Source: a virus. Taken from it: DNA of 64,000 nucleotides. The notes under the pieces were generated by a model. The model searched no databases and was not told the DNA's origin. It was given only the letters and a program-made list of their open reading frames with translations. The DNA lies in IMG/VR virus record IMGVR_UViG_3300043403_000102, positions 1 to 64,000 of that record; one strand, given 5' to 3'. The translations under genes were made by a program, and so were the position numbers. How positions within the stretch are numbered: the stretch's first letter is position 1; each line of letters opens with the position of its first letter. Of this stretch, positions 62,920-64,000 are shown in pieces.

Positions 62920-63576
62920 TCAACTTTCTTGTGGTTGGGGGAAACGACGGCACAACTCAAGCAGCCCGCTTTCGAGGGTGGTACCATACCGCAGGGCGGT
63001 GGCTTTGATCTCGTCGCGGTCTTCGGCCGCGTCCAGCACGAGCCGCAGGGCGTATCGTTTCTGGTTGGTCATCGAGGCCTCCTCGGTTTGGAGGCCCCCG
63101 CCCTCGCCGTAGGCCCCGGGCCCCAGGTCGTCGAAGGTGTTGGTCTGGGCCAGGTCCTTGAGCATCAGCTCGATGTCCCCGCCCGAGAACCCCGTCAGCG
63201 TGAGGTCGGGGAACTTGAGGTCGCTCAGATCTTTGAGCACCAGCGCGGCCTTGGCTAGGTCGGTGGTCCCACGCAGACGATTCAGCGACAGCATCGCCGC
63301 CGCGGCCTGGGGGTCTTCGAGGTGGTCCGCAATCAACACGGGGATCTCTTTGAGCCCTGCGGCCTGGGCAGCACGGAATCGATGGTGCCCGTCGACCAGC
63401 ACGAACCCATCATTGCCCGTGCGCACGGTCACCGGTTGGATAAATCCGAGCTTGGCGATGGCGTTCGTCAACATCTCGAACTCCGACGGGTCCATCGCGT
63501 TGGGGTTGATGCCTGGGTTCTCCTGTATCGCGGTGACCTTGAGATACTTCAGTTGGGGCTTCGGGGCTGCGGTCAT
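62920..63576 (-). CDS. ParB/Sulfiredoxin domain protein
   Basis: NPNAM..GFIQPVTV..LVDGHHRFRAA..LNRLRG. Confidence 0.88.
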   Translation of the reverse strand: MTAAPKPQLKYLKVTAIQENPGINPNAMDPSEFEMLTNAIAKLGFIQPVTVRTGNDGFVLVDGHHRFRAAQAAGLKEIPVLIADHLEDPQAAAAMLSLNRLRGTTDLAKAALVLKDLSDLKFPDLTLTGFSGGDIELMLKDLAQTNTFDDLGPGAYGEGGGLQTEEASMTNQKRYALRLVLDAAEDRDEIKATALRYGTTLESGLLELCRRFPQPQES

Positions 63577-64000
63577 GGTCTCAGATCCTCCAGGGTGCCT
63601 AGTTCGTTCAGTTCTTCGTACAGATTCCAAAGCTCCACGTCCGAGCGCAAGGCCTCCTTCACTTGGCTGCACATCCGGTAGAACTGCCTCGTGGTGACAC
63701 CGAGTTGCTCGGCCCGCTCTTGAGACGCCCCGTTGTAGACGTCGGCGAGCGTGTGCTCTCGAACGACCGCACGCGCCTGCTCGGGTACCTGCTCTAGGGC
63801 ATTGTCGAGTAGGCGGTGGAACTTGCGACGCGCGTCCCTAAGGGCCTGCGTGCGTTCGACGTTCAACGCGGCGACCTCGGGCGTGGACCCCTCGTCATCG
63901 AGCCAGCCCTCGGCCGCGTCTAGGTCGACCGCGTGCTTGATGCCCCTCGCGGCTTCCCAGTTGTCATGTATCGAATACGGACAGATCGTCCGCGCGACAA
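63573..64000 (-). CDS. Sigma-70-like factor, C-terminal part (partial)
   Basis: VDLD..STPE.. then ALEQVPEQARAVV..SQERAEQLGVTTRQFYRM..VKEALR resembles sigma region 4. Confidence 0.6.
   Translation of the reverse strand, partial: VARTICPYSIHDNWEAARGIKHAVDLDAAEGWLDDEGSTPEVAALNVERTQALRDARRKFHRLLDNALEQVPEQARAVVREHTLADVYNGASQERAEQLGVTTRQFYRMCSQVKEALRSDVELWNLYEELNELGTLEDLRP

Noticed and set aside
1-64000. tRNA, rRNA, integrase/att sites, CRISPR arrays, stop-codon recoding
   Set aside because: None recognised by eye; core genes translate intact in the standard code; lifestyle cannot be decided from this window

Overview
A 64-kb, GC-rich segment of a contractile-tailed (myovirus-type) phage genome, with essentially all real genes on the minus strand and both window ends inside genes. 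In transcription order (right to left): a sigma-70-like factor (partial), ParB-like and HTH proteins, an SF2 helicase, a ~0.9-kb palindrome-rich non-coding region, and a replication/recombination module (DnaB helicase, primase, UDG-like-domain PolA, UvsY-like, gp32-like SSB, RecA, SbcD/SbcC-like). Then come a probable small terminase, arrays of ~20 small paralogous genes (mostly His/Cys zinc-finger-like), accessory genes, and the head, neck, tail and baseplate modules. Most notable: (1) the large terminase is split into a stand-alone ATPase gene (43565-44425) and a stand-alone nuclease gene (29275-30048) 13.5 kb apart, with no visible intron or intein; (2) tandem arrays of diverged zinc-finger-like microproteins surround the ATPase half; (3) a ~240-nt RNA-like element with three cUUCGg hairpins and a GNRA hairpin lies directly behind the major capsid gene; (4) a ~125-nt long-hairpin element sits between ssb and recA; (5) an 836-aa protein fuses a superoxide dismutase with a nested metallopeptidase and a PI3/4-kinase-like domain; (6) a GTAAAC-N14-TAAATA promoter-like motif occurs 8 times, often leaderless; (7) the tail chaperone has a -1 frameshift site. 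All calls come from motif reading and synteny only; no searches or folding programs were run.
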